A stretch of 64,000 nt of DNA from Acutalibacteraceae bacterium (GCA_045587685.1 JAZNCS010000051.1:17149-81148), one strand, 5' to 3'; numbered from the stretch's first letter, positions 9,422-19,524 are shown. The notes: a model not told the origin generated them from the letters alone. Numbers and translations are program-made.

Positions 9422-10081
9422 TTAAGCAAACTTATCCAAATTTTTATCGTAAATCATTGTTCTTGTAACGCTGTAATCTAAAGTTTGTCCTATAAATTGA
9501 AAAAGTGCTGTGAGTACAAGCGTTGGATTTAAGTTTTCTTCATTACCCGCAGTTAAAATCAAAGTCAAAATATCTTTGTTTAATTCCGCTTTTCTAATAT
9601 TGGGCATTATATTTATTTGCTTAATACCGCCTTTTTTGGTCTTTTTATCACATAAAACGGTATCTTTTTCAAAAAATTCATTTATCTTTGAAACAAGAGT
9701 TTCATCTAAATTTTCGAGTTCAACTAAAAACTCGGCAAAGCCTATTTCTTTCATAGCCTTTTTCACTTCGCAAACACCAAAAAATTCTATATCAGGTATC
9801 GAGACAGCGTTTAAAATGTTTGGAATTTCTTCTAAAGGAAATTCATCATCAATAAGTCGGATATCTAATATTTCATAATTTCCCTCAAAACCGAGAGAAA
9901 GCGGAACCGCAAAGTTTAAATAAATATGCTGATTAAACCCTTCGGTAAACCAAACAGGCAAATTTGTTCTTGCAATAAGTCTTGCCATAAATCTATTCAT
10001 ATCCAAATGAGAAACAAATTTCATATTTCCCGTCTTTTTATAAAATAATCTAACGTTTTTCAAAACAAACACCCTTTCCAT
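9422..10081 (-). CDS. TIGR03936/DUF2344 radical-SAM-associated protein
   Basis: Conserved start region VRLFYKKTGNMKFVSHLDMNRFMARLIAR. The upstream part of track ORF 9422..10318 overlaps the preceding gene. Exact start uncertain (ATG 10081, GTG 10072 or TTG 10063). Confidence 0.7.
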   Translation of the reverse strand: MERVFVLKNVRLFYKKTGNMKFVSHLDMNRFMARLIARTNLPVWFTEGFNQHIYLNFAVPLSLGFEGNYEILDIRLIDDEFPLEEIPNILNAVSIPDIEFFGVCEVKKAMKEIGFAEFLVELENLDETLVSKINEFFEKDTVLCDKKTKKGGIKQINIMPNIRKAELNKDILTLILTAGNEENLNPTLVLTALFQFIGQTLDYSVTRTMIYDKNLDKFA

Positions 10082-11894
10082 AGCAATTAGCACCACAAGC
10101 CGAACATTTTTCGCGGCAGTTTGGTGTTGTTTTTTCGTTATGAGCCTCTTTGTTTTCTTTAATAAGAAAATCCTTTGTAACGGCATAATCCAAGTGGTCC
10201 CAAGGATTAATTCCCTCATAAGCCCTTTCTCTTTCAGAATAAAAATCAATAGAAAGACCGTTTTCACTAAAGGCTTCTTCCCATAGCGACAGGTCAAAAC
10301 ACTCATTCCAACCGTCAAATACGCAACCCTTTTTATATGCCGCTTCTAAAACGTCACAAAGGCGGCGGTCACCACGCGCAAAAGCCCCCTCTAAATGTGA
10401 GGTAGAGCTGTCGTGCGTACTTAAATCTATTTTGCGGGTTTTAATGCATTGTTTTAAGAAGTTTTGCTTTCTTTCCATTTCCGTCTTGCTTATTTGCGGC
10501 TCAAATTGGAAAGGTGTAAACGGCTTTGGAACAAAAATAGATACACTAATAGAAACCGAAACCGACCTACCCTTTGGTCTATTCGGCATAGAATAATAAG
10601 TATCAACTATTTTTTGGCCTAAATCGGCAATACCTTGTAAATCTTCGTCAGTTTCGGTTGGAAGACCCATCATAAAATAAAGTTTTACCGAAGTATATCC
10701 GCCTTGGAACGCGGTTTTACAGGTGTTTATAATTTCTTCTTCGGTTACATTTTTATTTATAACATCGCGAAGTCTTTGAGTACCTGCTTCGGGTGCAAAA
10801 GTAAGACCGCTTTTGCGAATATGATTGATTTTTTCAAGCAATTCTTCGGAAAAATTATCAATTCTTAAAGATGGTAACGCTAAACTTATATGCTTGTCCT
10901 GTGTAAAATCAAGCAAACCGTTTAACATAGGTTCTAATTCGGTATGGTCACTTGTGCTAAGCGAAGCAAGTGAAATTTCGTCATAGCCTGTACTTTCACA
11001 AAGGCATTTAGCTTGACTCACAATAGTTTCTGCGCTTTTTTCGCGTACAGGGCGGTAAATAAAGCCCGCTTGACAAAATCTACAACCTCTAATACATCCT
11101 CTAAATATTTCTTGCACCGCGCGGTCGTGAACAATTTGAATAAAAGGTACTACAAAGTTTTTAGGATAAAAAACCTTATTCATATCATCAATTATTCGTT
11201 TTTTAACAGTTTTAGGCGCAGTTTCTTTATTAACAATAGCCTTTATTGTACCATCTTCATTGTATTCAATATCATAAAGCGAAGGTACATACACACCCTC
11301 TATTTTAGCCGCTTCACGCAAAAATTCTTGCTTTGTAGAGCCTTTTGCCTTGTGCTTTTTATAAAGGTCAATTACCTCTAAATCAACCTCTTCGCCCTCA
11401 CCCAAAAAGAAAATATCAATAAAATCGGCAATAGGTTCGGGGTTACAAGCGCAAGGTCCACCCGCTACAACAAGAGGACTTAAATCTTTTCTATCCTTTG
11501 CTCTTAAAGGCACACCCGCTAAATCAAGCATACTTAAAACATTGGTATAACTCATTTCGTACTGAAGTGTAAAACCAATAAAATCAAAGTCTTTTATTGG
11601 GTCACGGCTTTCAAGACCATAAAGCAAAATGTTGTTTTTGCGCATAACTTCGGCAAAATCAAGCCAAGGCGCAAAAACCCTTTCACACCAAATATCTTCT
11701 CTTTCGTTAAATTGCGAATAAAGGATTTTCATTCCAAGGTGGGACATACCTATTTCGTAAGTATCTGGAAAACAAAATGCAAAACGAACGTCTACTTTGG
11801 TTTTATCTTTAATAATACTTCCCATTTCACCACCCGAATATCTACCGGGTTTTTGAACGGTTAAAAGCAGTTTTTCAAATTCCTTAGTTTTCAT
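10050..11894 (-). CDS. TIGR03960-type B12-binding-domain radical SAM protein
   Basis: 614 aa. CIRGCRFCQAG radical SAM motif, QKPGRYSGGE N-terminus. Confidence 0.8.
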   Translation of the reverse strand: MKTKEFEKLLLTVQKPGRYSGGEMGSIIKDKTKVDVRFAFCFPDTYEIGMSHLGMKILYSQFNEREDIWCERVFAPWLDFAEVMRKNNILLYGLESRDPIKDFDFIGFTLQYEMSYTNVLSMLDLAGVPLRAKDRKDLSPLVVAGGPCACNPEPIADFIDIFFLGEGEEVDLEVIDLYKKHKAKGSTKQEFLREAAKIEGVYVPSLYDIEYNEDGTIKAIVNKETAPKTVKKRIIDDMNKVFYPKNFVVPFIQIVHDRAVQEIFRGCIRGCRFCQAGFIYRPVREKSAETIVSQAKCLCESTGYDEISLASLSTSDHTELEPMLNGLLDFTQDKHISLALPSLRIDNFSEELLEKINHIRKSGLTFAPEAGTQRLRDVINKNVTEEEIINTCKTAFQGGYTSVKLYFMMGLPTETDEDLQGIADLGQKIVDTYYSMPNRPKGRSVSVSISVSIFVPKPFTPFQFEPQISKTEMERKQNFLKQCIKTRKIDLSTHDSSTSHLEGAFARGDRRLCDVLEAAYKKGCVFDGWNECFDLSLWEEAFSENGLSIDFYSERERAYEGINPWDHLDYAVTKDFLIKENKEAHNEKTTPNCREKCSACGANCYGKGVCFEKR

Positions 11895-11952
11895 AAATCT
11901 ACTCCAAATTTTTTATTGCTTTAATGATACAATAATTTTAATTTTCTTTCAA

Positions 11953-12546
11953 CTATAATTTAACTAAAGCCATTATAAAAAGATATATTCCTATTATATA
12001 AAGCGAAAGATTAAGTTTGTGTTTTATTGTTAATATTACCGCCGCCGCAATAAGTAACGCCGAACTTATAATGGTTATTATTTTCATAATTACTGCCGCT
12101 TTGTTTATATCATTATTTTTGCACAAAAGCGTATAAAGTATGGTTCCGCCGTCAAGCCCTACAAACGGCAAAAGATTAAAAGCCGCAATTACTATATTAA
12201 GCAGCGCATAACAAAGTACCGCTTGATTTTTAAAGGCAATATAATTTATATAAAGGGTGAAAAACAAAAGAATATTAGCCAAAGGTCCACTTAAGGACAC
12301 CAAAATATCGGTTTTATACCGCTTTGTAAAAGATGCCGTGATTTGAACCGAGGCAGGTATTAATTTTATCCTTTTTGGCGCACACTCTAAAACCCACATT
12401 GCAAACAAATGCCCTAATTCGTGCGCAAAAACCGCAAAAAGTGCAGGTAGCATAAACCCCGTTCTATCGGTTGCTAACATTATTGTAATTAAAGCCGCAA
12501 ACAAAAAAGATATGTAAATTTCGGTTCCAAACAACTTAAAACTCAT
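11953..12546 (-). CDS. M50 family site-2 metalloprotease (short form, no CBS domain)
   Basis: Polytopic membrane protein with HELGH and an LLPFVGLDGG (NxxPxxxLDG-like) motif. Start trimmed to MSFKLFG, which overlaps the stop of the upstream micro-ORF. Confidence 0.7.
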   Translation of the reverse strand: MSFKLFGTEIYISFLFAALITIMLATDRTGFMLPALFAVFAHELGHLFAMWVLECAPKRIKLIPASVQITASFTKRYKTDILVSLSGPLANILLFFTLYINYIAFKNQAVLCYALLNIVIAAFNLLPFVGLDGGTILYTLLCKNNDINKAAVIMKIITIISSALLIAAAVILTIKHKLNLSLYIIGIYLFIMALVKL

Positions 12547-12748
12547 AGTTTTCCTCCATAACCTCATTTACATCGGTAGAAACACAAATATTTTGCTCAT
12601 ACCAATTTTTTATTTTTTGATATGTTCCCTTAAAAAAATACTTTGTGGCTAAAACCGATAAAATAACAGCTATTACAAACACACTTTGCACTATACAAAT
12701 TTTCATATATGAATCGGCTGAAGTTTTTTCTCTTTCTTCCATTTGCAA
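12536..12748 (-). CDS. small single-pass membrane protein (hypothetical)
   Basis: 70 aa with one hydrophobic helix (IVQSVFVIAVILSVLA). Stop overlaps the M50 start. Confidence 0.35.
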   Translation of the reverse strand: MQMEEREKTSADSYMKICIVQSVFVIAVILSVLATKYFFKGTYQKIKNWYEQNICVSTDVNEVMEENYEF

Positions 12749-12811
12749 ATCTCCTTGTAATAAAAAAGGTAATATGATATACTAAAATATATTATTTTTC
12801 AAGGTGATATT

Positions 12812-14677
12812 ATGCCCTTTTTACCTATAACCGTTAAAGAAATGAAAACTTATGGTTGGGACACTCCCGACTTTATAATTGTTACAGGGGATGCTTATGT
12901 TGACCATCCCTCTTTTGGTACTGCAATTATTTCCCGCGTACTCGAAAGCAAAGGCTATAAAGTTTGTATTATACCGCAACCAAGAAGTCATGCGGATTAC
13001 ACCCGTTTCGGTAAACCGCGCCTTGCTTTTTTGGTGAACGGCGGCAATATTGACTCTATGGTAGCGCACTACACCGCTTCTAAAAAGAGAAGAAGTGATG
13101 ATGCTTATACTCCTGGCGGTAAAGCAGGAGCAAGACCTGACAGAGCGACTATTTGTTACTGCAAAAAACTTCGCGAAATTTACGGCGATGTACCTATTGC
13201 AATAGGCGGTATCGAAGCCTCACTTCGCCGTTTTGCGCATTATGACTATTGGTCGGACAATGTGCGCCCCTCTATACTCATAGAATCTACTGCCGATTTG
13301 CTTATGTTCGGTATGGGCGAAAAGCATATTGTAGAAATTGCTGACCGATTAAATAACGGTGAAGATATTCATTCATTAACCGATATTTTAGGCACTTGTT
13401 ACGCCGTTAAAACAACCGAATTTTCACATATTGAGGGTGCGGTTGAGTGCCCATCATACGAAAATGTTAAAGAGCCTACCGAACAAGGCAAAAAACAATA
13501 TGCTATTTCTTGTAAAATACAGCAATCAGAACACGATGCTGTAAGGGGCAAAACCATTATTCAAAAACACGGTTCGTTAATTGTGGTCCAAAACCCACCT
13601 ATGCCCCCTTTAAGTGAGCAAGAAATGGACAAGGTTTATTCACTTCCATTTATGCGTGACTATCACCCATCTTATGAAGCCTTGGGCGGTGTTCCCGCTA
13701 TTGCCGAGGTTAAGTTTTCGGTAATCCATAACCGCGGTTGCTACGGCGCTTGTAACTTTTGTTCACTCGCTTACCACCAAGGCAGACAAATTAGTTGTCG
13801 CAGTCACGAATCGGTTATAGAAGAAGTCAAAAAAATAACCGAAATGCCTGACTTTAAGGGGTATATTCACGATATTGGCGGACCTACCGCAAACTTCCGC
13901 GCACCATCTTGTGATGCACAACTAAAACGCGGTCTTTGTGCCGATAAAAAATGTTTAGCACCTACTATGTGCCCCGCGGTTAAGGTTGACCACAGCGACT
14001 ACTTAGAACTTTTAAGAAAGTTACGCAAACTACCTAAAGTAAAAAAAGTTTTTATTCGTTCGGGTATTAGGTTTGACTATCTTATCGCCGACCGTGACGA
14101 AGAATTTTTCAAAGAACTTGTTAACCACCACACAAGCGGTCAATTAAAGGTAGCGCCCGAACATTGTTCAAATAATGTATTAAAATATATGGGTAAACCA
14201 CCTATTGAAGTTTACAAAAAATTTGAAAAAAGATTTTATGAACTCACAAAATCAGCAAACAAAAAACAATATTTAGTGCCATACCTTATGTCCTCACATC
14301 CGGGAAGCAGTATGAAAGATGCTATTGAACTTTCGGTTTTTCTTAAGCAAAACAATATGCACCCCGAACAAGTTCAGGACTTTTACCCAACACCCGGTAC
14401 TGTATCTACTTGTATGTTCTACACAGGGCTTGACCCGTTTACAATGAAAAGTGTTTATGTTCCAAAAACGCCTAAAGAAAAAGCGGAACAACGTGCCCTC
14501 TTGCAATATTTCAAACCCGAAAACAAACAACTCGTTCTTTCGGCGCTTAAAAAAGCAGGTCGCTACGACCTTATCGGCACTGATAAAAAATGCCTTGCCG
14601 CCCCAGATAGAAACGACAAAGCAAACTATAAAAAACCTAAAAAAACAATTAGAAATATTCATAAAAAGAAAAAATAA
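12812..14677 (+). CDS. ygiQ: YgiQ family (UPF0313) radical SAM protein
   Basis: 621 aa. N-terminus MPFLPITVKEM..DFIIVTGDAYVDHPSFG, CYGACNFCS cluster motif, Lys-rich tail. Confidence 0.85.
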   Translation: MPFLPITVKEMKTYGWDTPDFIIVTGDAYVDHPSFGTAIISRVLESKGYKVCIIPQPRSHADYTRFGKPRLAFLVNGGNIDSMVAHYTASKKRRSDDAYTPGGKAGARPDRATICYCKKLREIYGDVPIAIGGIEASLRRFAHYDYWSDNVRPSILIESTADLLMFGMGEKHIVEIADRLNNGEDIHSLTDILGTCYAVKTTEFSHIEGAVECPSYENVKEPTEQGKKQYAISCKIQQSEHDAVRGKTIIQKHGSLIVVQNPPMPPLSEQEMDKVYSLPFMRDYHPSYEALGGVPAIAEVKFSVIHNRGCYGACNFCSLAYHQGRQISCRSHESVIEEVKKITEMPDFKGYIHDIGGPTANFRAPSCDAQLKRGLCADKKCLAPTMCPAVKVDHSDYLELLRKLRKLPKVKKVFIRSGIRFDYLIADRDEEFFKELVNHHTSGQLKVAPEHCSNNVLKYMGKPPIEVYKKFEKRFYELTKSANKKQYLVPYLMSSHPGSSMKDAIELSVFLKQNNMHPEQVQDFYPTPGTVSTCMFYTGLDPFTMKSVYVPKTPKEKAEQRALLQYFKPENKQLVLSALKKAGRYDLIGTDKKCLAAPDRNDKANYKKPKKTIRNIHKKKK

Positions 14678-14756
14678 TGCACCAAGTGCAAATCATGCGC
14701 TTTAGCGCAACTTATGAAACTTTGTTTCAAATCACGCCGTAAGGCAATTCATAAAT

Positions 14757-14780
14757 AAAAGCACCCTTTTGGGTGCTTTT
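14757..14780. terminator. bidirectional terminator between ygiQ and rex
   Basis: AAAAGCACCC-TTTT-GGGTGCTTTT. Confidence 0.7.
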
Positions 14781-14782
14781 TA

Positions 14783-15412
14783 TTATTCATTATTCATTTT
14801 ATAAGAAAGTCTCATTAAAATGTCACCAAAATGCACATTTTCTACTTTTACTTCAGGGTGATTTATTGCTATATCATAATGACTGAAATTCCAAAAGCCT
14901 TTAACACCTAATTTAATTAACTGTTCACAAATACCCTCTGCTGCATTTTTAGGTATGCAAAGAATTGCAACCTCGGGGAAATTCTCGCGGCAAAATTCAT
15001 CTAAATCATCAGTGCTTCTAATAGGTAAATTTTTAACCACTTGACCCACCAAAGATTCCTTTGCATCAAAAAGACCGGTCAACTTAAAACCTTTAGACTC
15101 AAAATTTATGTGCATTGTAACTGCTCTACCTAAATTACCCATACCTATAAGTATTGCACTTTTAATTTTATCAAGTCCTAAAATATGCGCAATTTCAGAT
15201 TGCAACAATTCAATATTATAGCCATAGCCTTGTTGACCAAAACCACCGAAACAGTTTAAATCTTGACGGATTTGACTGGCAGTAAGCCCCATTTTTTCGG
15301 AAAGTTCGCGCGAAGAAATTCTTGTATAACCAGCCGACTTTAAATCACCTAAAAATCTATAATACCTTGGTAATCTACTTATAACTGAATTTGAAATTGA
15401 ATTATTATTCAT
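14783..15412 (-). CDS. rex: redox-sensing transcriptional repressor Rex
   Basis: 209 aa. ISRLPRYYRFL winged-helix motif, GMGNLG Rossmann motif. Confidence 0.9.
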   Translation of the reverse strand: MNNNSISNSVISRLPRYYRFLGDLKSAGYTRISSRELSEKMGLTASQIRQDLNCFGGFGQQGYGYNIELLQSEIAHILGLDKIKSAILIGMGNLGRAVTMHINFESKGFKLTGLFDAKESLVGQVVKNLPIRSTDDLDEFCRENFPEVAILCIPKNAAEGICEQLIKLGVKGFWNFSHYDIAINHPEVKVENVHFGDILMRLSYKMNNE

Positions 15413-15510
15413 TTATAATCACCATTTAACCAAACATTTTCACATATACTACTAATAATGATAATTGATTGTCAAAAAAATGTCAACTAAAAATTTTTTC
15501 AAAAAAAGTA

Positions 15511-15556
15511 TTGACAAACGGTGAAATTCGTGTATAATAAAATAGTAATCATTACT
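15511..15556 (+). promoter_or_regulatory. sigma-A-type promoter (TTGACA-16-TATAAT) followed by a Fur/PerR-box-like palindrome AGTAAT-C-ATTACT
   Basis: TTGACA 15511..15516, TATAAT 15533..15538, 6-1-6 palindrome 15544..15556 just upstream of the regulator gene. Confidence 0.5.
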
Positions 15557-15572
15557 GATTTGGGTGATTGAA

Positions 15573-15947
15573 ATGAAAAATTATTCTCGTCAGCGTGAAG
15601 CTATTTTAGAAGTTTTACGCTCAACAGATACTCACCCTACAGCAAATTGGATTTACACAAAGGTTAAAGAAAGAATTCCTAATATTAGTTTAGGTACTGT
15701 TTACCGTAACCTTAAATGCTTGACTGAAGAAAAGGATATTATAAGCCTTAATTTAGGAGATGGGTTTGAACGTTTTGATGGAAACCCTCTCCCACATCTT
15801 CATATGCACTGTAAATGTTGCGGAAATATTACCGACGCTTACTTTAAAGATGATATATTATCTTTAAAAGCAATGGAACAAGGCTTTACACCTGAAAATT
15901 CACTTTATATAGTGTATGGTATCTGTAAAAATTGTAAAAAAAATTAA
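15573..15947 (+). CDS. Fur family regulator, PerR-like
   Basis: RQREAILEVL..HPTA..IY, HxH and CxxC..CxxC motifs. Precedes rubrerythrin. Confidence 0.8.
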   Translation: MKNYSRQREAILEVLRSTDTHPTANWIYTKVKERIPNISLGTVYRNLKCLTEEKDIISLNLGDGFERFDGNPLPHLHMHCKCCGNITDAYFKDDILSLKAMEQGFTPENSLYIVYGICKNCKKN

Positions 15948-15971
15948 ACTTATTATCGGAGGAAAAAAAAT

Positions 15972-16514
15972 ATGAAAAAATATGTATGTCTTATCTGCGG
16001 TTACACACACGAAGGCGATGCAGCACCTGCTGAATGCCCAATCTGCCACGCTCCTGCTTCTAAATTCCAAGAACAAGCAGGTGAAAAAACTTGGGCTGCT
16101 GAACACGTTGTAGGTATTGCTAAAGGCGTTGATGAAAGAATTATTGAAGGTCTTCGCGAAAACTTTAACGGCGAATGCTGCGAAGTTGGTATGTACCTTG
16201 CAATGTCAAGAGTAGCGCATAGAGAAGGCTATCCTGAAATCGGTCTTTATTGGGAAAAAGCTGCTTTAGAAGAAGCAGAACACGCTGCAAAATTTGCTGA
16301 ACTTTTAGGCGAAGTTGTAACCGACAGCACAAAGAAAAACCTTGAAATGCGTATAGATGCTGAAAACGGTGCAACACTCGGCAAATTCGAACTTGCTAAA
16401 CTTGCAAAAGAACTCGGTCTTGATGCTATTCACGACACAGTTCACGAAATGGCTCGTGATGAGGCTCGTCACGGTAAGGCTTTTGAAGGTTTACTTGGTC
16501 GTTATTTTAAATAA
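15972..16514 (+). CDS. rbr: reverse rubrerythrin (N-terminal rubredoxin domain, C-terminal diiron ferritin-like domain)
   Basis: CLICGY..CPICHAP followed by ExxH diiron motifs ([18 protein letters not shown]). Confidence 0.9.
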   Translation: MKKYVCLICGYTHEGDAAPAECPICHAPASKFQEQAGEKTWAAEHVVGIAKGVDERIIEGLRENFNGECCEVGMYLAMSRVAHREGYPEIGLYWEKAALEEAEHAAKFAELLGEVVTDSTKKNLEMRIDAENGATLGKFELAKLAKELGLDAIHDTVHEMARDEARHGKAFEGLLGRYFK

Positions 16515-16535
16515 TATAAGCTGTGTAAAATAATA

Positions 16536-16575
16536 AAGGCGGAGGGATAGAATATTACCCCTCCGCCTTTTTCTT
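16536..16575 (+). terminator. intrinsic terminator after rbr
   Basis: AAGGCGGAGGG ... CCCTCCGCCTT plus T-run. Confidence 0.8.
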
Positions 16576-16634
16576 TAAAATTTTTTGAATTTTTAATAAC
16601 AAAAAACAAAAACTATTACGGGAGGGAAATCAAA

Positions 16635-17024
16635 ATGAAAAAAATACTTTTATTAGCTTTATCTTTAATCTTTGCTTTTTCATTTGCGGCTTGCGGTATG
16701 GACAATAGCGGCACTGAAAGTGATATGAACGCAAGAAACGGTTCTTCCGGCAATAACGGAACTGTACTAGAGTCGGCTATGGACAATACCGGACTTAACG
16801 GAAATTCGGGCGCGGGAAAAATTGGTTCTGAACGCGCAAAGCAAATTGTACTCGAACACGCAGGTTTATCCGAGCAACAGGTTAAAAATCTTAAAATTGA
16901 CCTTGACCGTGATAATGGTGTTTTAAAATACGAAATTGATTTTTATTACGGCAATGTTGAGTATGATTATGACCTAAACGCTCTAACCGGCGAAATCATA
17001 TCATTTGATAGAGATATTGATTAA
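16635..17024 (+). CDS. PepSY-domain lipoprotein
   Basis: Lipobox LIFAFSFAAC-G. C-terminal PepSY-like ..AKQIVLEHAGL...YEIDFYYGNVEYDYDLNALTGEI. Confidence 0.6.
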   Translation: MKKILLLALSLIFAFSFAACGMDNSGTESDMNARNGSSGNNGTVLESAMDNTGLNGNSGAGKIGSERAKQIVLEHAGLSEQQVKNLKIDLDRDNGVLKYEIDFYYGNVEYDYDLNALTGEIISFDRDID

Positions 17025-17117
17025 ACTAAAAAGCACCCAAATGGGTGCTTTTTATTTATATCTTGAAAATCTCTTTTTTAAATGTTATATTGTTTTAAAG
17101 AATAGTTTTAAACTCTG

Positions 17118-17137
17118 CCTCCCTCTGACGAGGGAGG
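17118..17137 (+). repeat. hairpin CCTCCCTC-TGAC-GAGGGAGG upstream of the DUF559 gene
   Basis: Perfect 8 bp stem. Same CTCCCTC/GAGGGAG core as the hairpin at 17543..17562. Confidence 0.7.
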
Positions 17138-17171
17138 TGGCAAAACTTTAGTTTTGACGGAGGGAGAGAAT

Positions 17172-17540
17172 ATGAAAAAATATAATAAATCAAACATCCC
17201 TCTTGCAAAAACTTTAAGAAAAAATATGACCCCTTGGGAAAGAAAACTATGGTATGATTTTTTACGCACTTATCCTATAAGATTCCAACGCCAAAAAGCT
17301 ATTGATAACTATATAGTGGACTTTTATTGCGCAAAAGCAAAATTAGTTATTGAGATAGATGGCGGCGGGCATTACACCGATGAACAAATCAGAAAAGACC
17401 TTTTGCGCTCAAAAGATTTGGAAAATATGAACTTAACTGTTATAAGTATATGCAATTTGGATATTGACCGTAATTTTAACGGTGTATGTGAATATATAAA
17501 TTCAACTTTAAAAAATCTCTCCCTCAGTCAGCTACGCTGA
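17172..17540 (+). CDS. DUF559 (Vsr-like) endonuclease-domain protein
   Basis: LRKNMTPWERKLWYDFLR..FQRQK..YIVDFYC...LVIEIDG. Start trimmed to the ATG with a GGAGGGAG RBS. Confidence 0.8.
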   Translation: MKKYNKSNIPLAKTLRKNMTPWERKLWYDFLRTYPIRFQRQKAIDNYIVDFYCAKAKLVIEIDGGGHYTDEQIRKDLLRSKDLENMNLTVISICNLDIDRNFNGVCEYINSTLKNLSLSQLR

Positions 17541-17542
17541 CA

Positions 17543-17562
17543 GCTCCCTCATCAGAGGGAGC
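17543..17562 (+). repeat. hairpin GCTCCCTC-ATCA-GAGGGAGC downstream of the DUF559 gene
   Basis: Perfect 8 bp stem, preceded by a second hairpin GTCAGC-TAC-GCTGAC (17527..17541) that contains the stop codon. Confidence 0.7.
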
Positions 17563-17589
17563 CTAAATAAATCACACGAGGTATAAGAT

Positions 17590-19524
17590 ATGTCGGTTTT
17601 TGAAAATTCGAAATGGATTTGGAATAAACATAAGTCTTTTGGAGATGAATATTGCGAATTTTATAAAGAATTTTTATTCGATGGCACAAAGGCTTTTTTA
17701 AACATTTCTTGCGACAGCGACTATACATTATATATAAATGGTGAATTTTTTGAATGTAACCAATTTTTTGGTTTTGAACATTATAAGGTTTACGATAGTC
17801 TTGATATTACGCCATTTTTAAATAAAGGTAAAAACAGTATTGCTGTTCTTGTTTGGCATATTGGTAACAATAAAGGTATTCAGCGCTATTTTATAGCAAA
17901 ACAAGGTCTTATTTTCGAAATTTATGACCAAAGCGAAAACACACTTGCCGTTAGCGATGAAAACACACTTTCGAGATTAAGCAATACATATAAAAACGGC
18001 TACAAAAAGATTATTTCCGACCAAGTAGGTTACAGTTTTCTTTACGATGCTTCAAAAGAAGATTGTTTCCCTAAAAATGCGTGTGAAAATTTTACAAAAT
18101 CGGTCATAATTGATAAGCCTTGCAATTTTTATATTCGCCCCAATAAAAAACTTTGTCTTAATAAAAAATGCGATATAAATATAATAAGAATTTCCGAAGA
18201 TAAAACCAAATACTTAATCGACTTAGGTCACGAAACTGTTGGTTTGCCTCATTTAGAACTTTTCTCAGATTGTGAGCAAAAAATCACTATATCATATAGC
18301 GAATGCCTCGAAAACGATGAAATAAGACGCTTTGTTTTATCCCACGATTACAGTTATGAATACATTACCAAAGTAGGCGAAAACAACTTTACGCATTATA
18401 TGTTACGCCTCGCTTGTCGTTATATTGAAATTTCTAGCGAAAAACCTTTTACACTCGGCTACTGCGGTATAATTCCGCAATACTACCCCGCAAAAGTAAA
18501 AAAGGTTACTGCAAAAGAAAAACTCGATAAGCAAATCTATGATGTTTGTCTTCGCACCTTACAACTTTGTATGCTTGAACATTATGTCGACTGTCCTTGG
18601 CGCGAACAATGTCTTTACTCTTTTGACTCAAGAAACCAAATGCTTTGCGGTTATTTTGCTTTTGAAGATAAGAATTTCCTATACGCAAAAGCAAACCTTA
18701 AACTAATAAGCGAAGACAAGCGAAGCGATAATCTTTTATCTATTTGTTTTCCCTGTTCTAAAGACCTTACCATACCCTGCTATTCATTATATTATATATT
18801 AGCGGTTAAGGAATATCTTGAATATTCTGGCGATATTGCCTTTATAAAGGAAATTTATCCAAAACTTAAAAGCATAATCTCTACATTTATAGATAAAATG
18901 CAAAACGGTTTGCTTTGCAAATTCGAGGATAAAGCACATTGGAATTTCTACGATTGGTCGGAATATCTTGCAGGTTTTTGCGGTCTTAGAGATGAACCTA
19001 TACCCGATATTATGATAAATCTAATTACCGTTATGGCGCTTGACAGTTTCGAGTATATTTGCAAAAATACCGGAAACGATTTTCCTTATAAAAATACCGC
19101 AAACGAAATACGCCAAAAGGTAAACGAAACTTTTTACCGCGAAAAAGAAGGTGCTTACGCCGTAACCGAAAATGGCAACGAATTTTGCGACCTTGCAAAC
19201 GCTTTTGCCGTTTTAACGGGTACTGCTACGGGTGATATTGCAAACAACATTTGTGAGCGTTTACTTACAGGCACTTGGCACAGTTGTTCCTTGAGTATGA
19301 AAACCTTTGTTTATGATGCACTACTTAAAAATAATACTGAAAAATATAAAGACACTGTACTTAACGATATTCGCAATAATTATAAATATATGTTAGATAA
19401 CGGTGCAACTTCGGTTTGGGAAACACTTGAAGGCTACAAAGACCAACAAGGCTCAGGTAGTTTGTGCCACGGTTGGAGTGCAATTCCTGTGTATTATTTC
19501 AACAAATTAGGCATTGTTTTTTAA
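17590..19524 (+). CDS. alpha-L-rhamnosidase-like (GH78-like) six-hairpin glycosidase
   Basis: N-terminus ..SKWIWNK.., DCPWREQ motif, CHGWSA near the C-terminus. Family assignment from memory of motifs only. Confidence 0.55.
   Translation: MSVFENSKWIWNKHKSFGDEYCEFYKEFLFDGTKAFLNISCDSDYTLYINGEFFECNQFFGFEHYKVYDSLDITPFLNKGKNSIAVLVWHIGNNKGIQRYFIAKQGLIFEIYDQSENTLAVSDENTLSRLSNTYKNGYKKIISDQVGYSFLYDASKEDCFPKNACENFTKSVIIDKPCNFYIRPNKKLCLNKKCDINIIRISEDKTKYLIDLGHETVGLPHLELFSDCEQKITISYSECLENDEIRRFVLSHDYSYEYITKVGENNFTHYMLRLACRYIEISSEKPFTLGYCGIIPQYYPAKVKKVTAKEKLDKQIYDVCLRTLQLCMLEHYVDCPWREQCLYSFDSRNQMLCGYFAFEDKNFLYAKANLKLISEDKRSDNLLSICFPCSKDLTIPCYSLYYILAVKEYLEYSGDIAFIKEIYPKLKSIISTFIDKMQNGLLCKFEDKAHWNFYDWSEYLAGFCGLRDEPIPDIMINLITVMALDSFEYICKNTGNDFPYKNTANEIRQKVNETFYREKEGAYAVTENGNEFCDLANAFAVLTGTATGDIANNICERLLTGTWHSCSLSMKTFVYDALLKNNTEKYKDTVLNDIRNNYKYMLDNGATSVWETLEGYKDQQGSGSLCHGWSAIPVYYFNKLGIVF

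Noticed and set aside
9422-10318. 298 aa form of the TIGR03936-like ORF
   Set aside because: The first ~80 codons overlap the 3' end of the TIGR03960 gene in another frame, and the conserved family N-terminus begins near codon 88.
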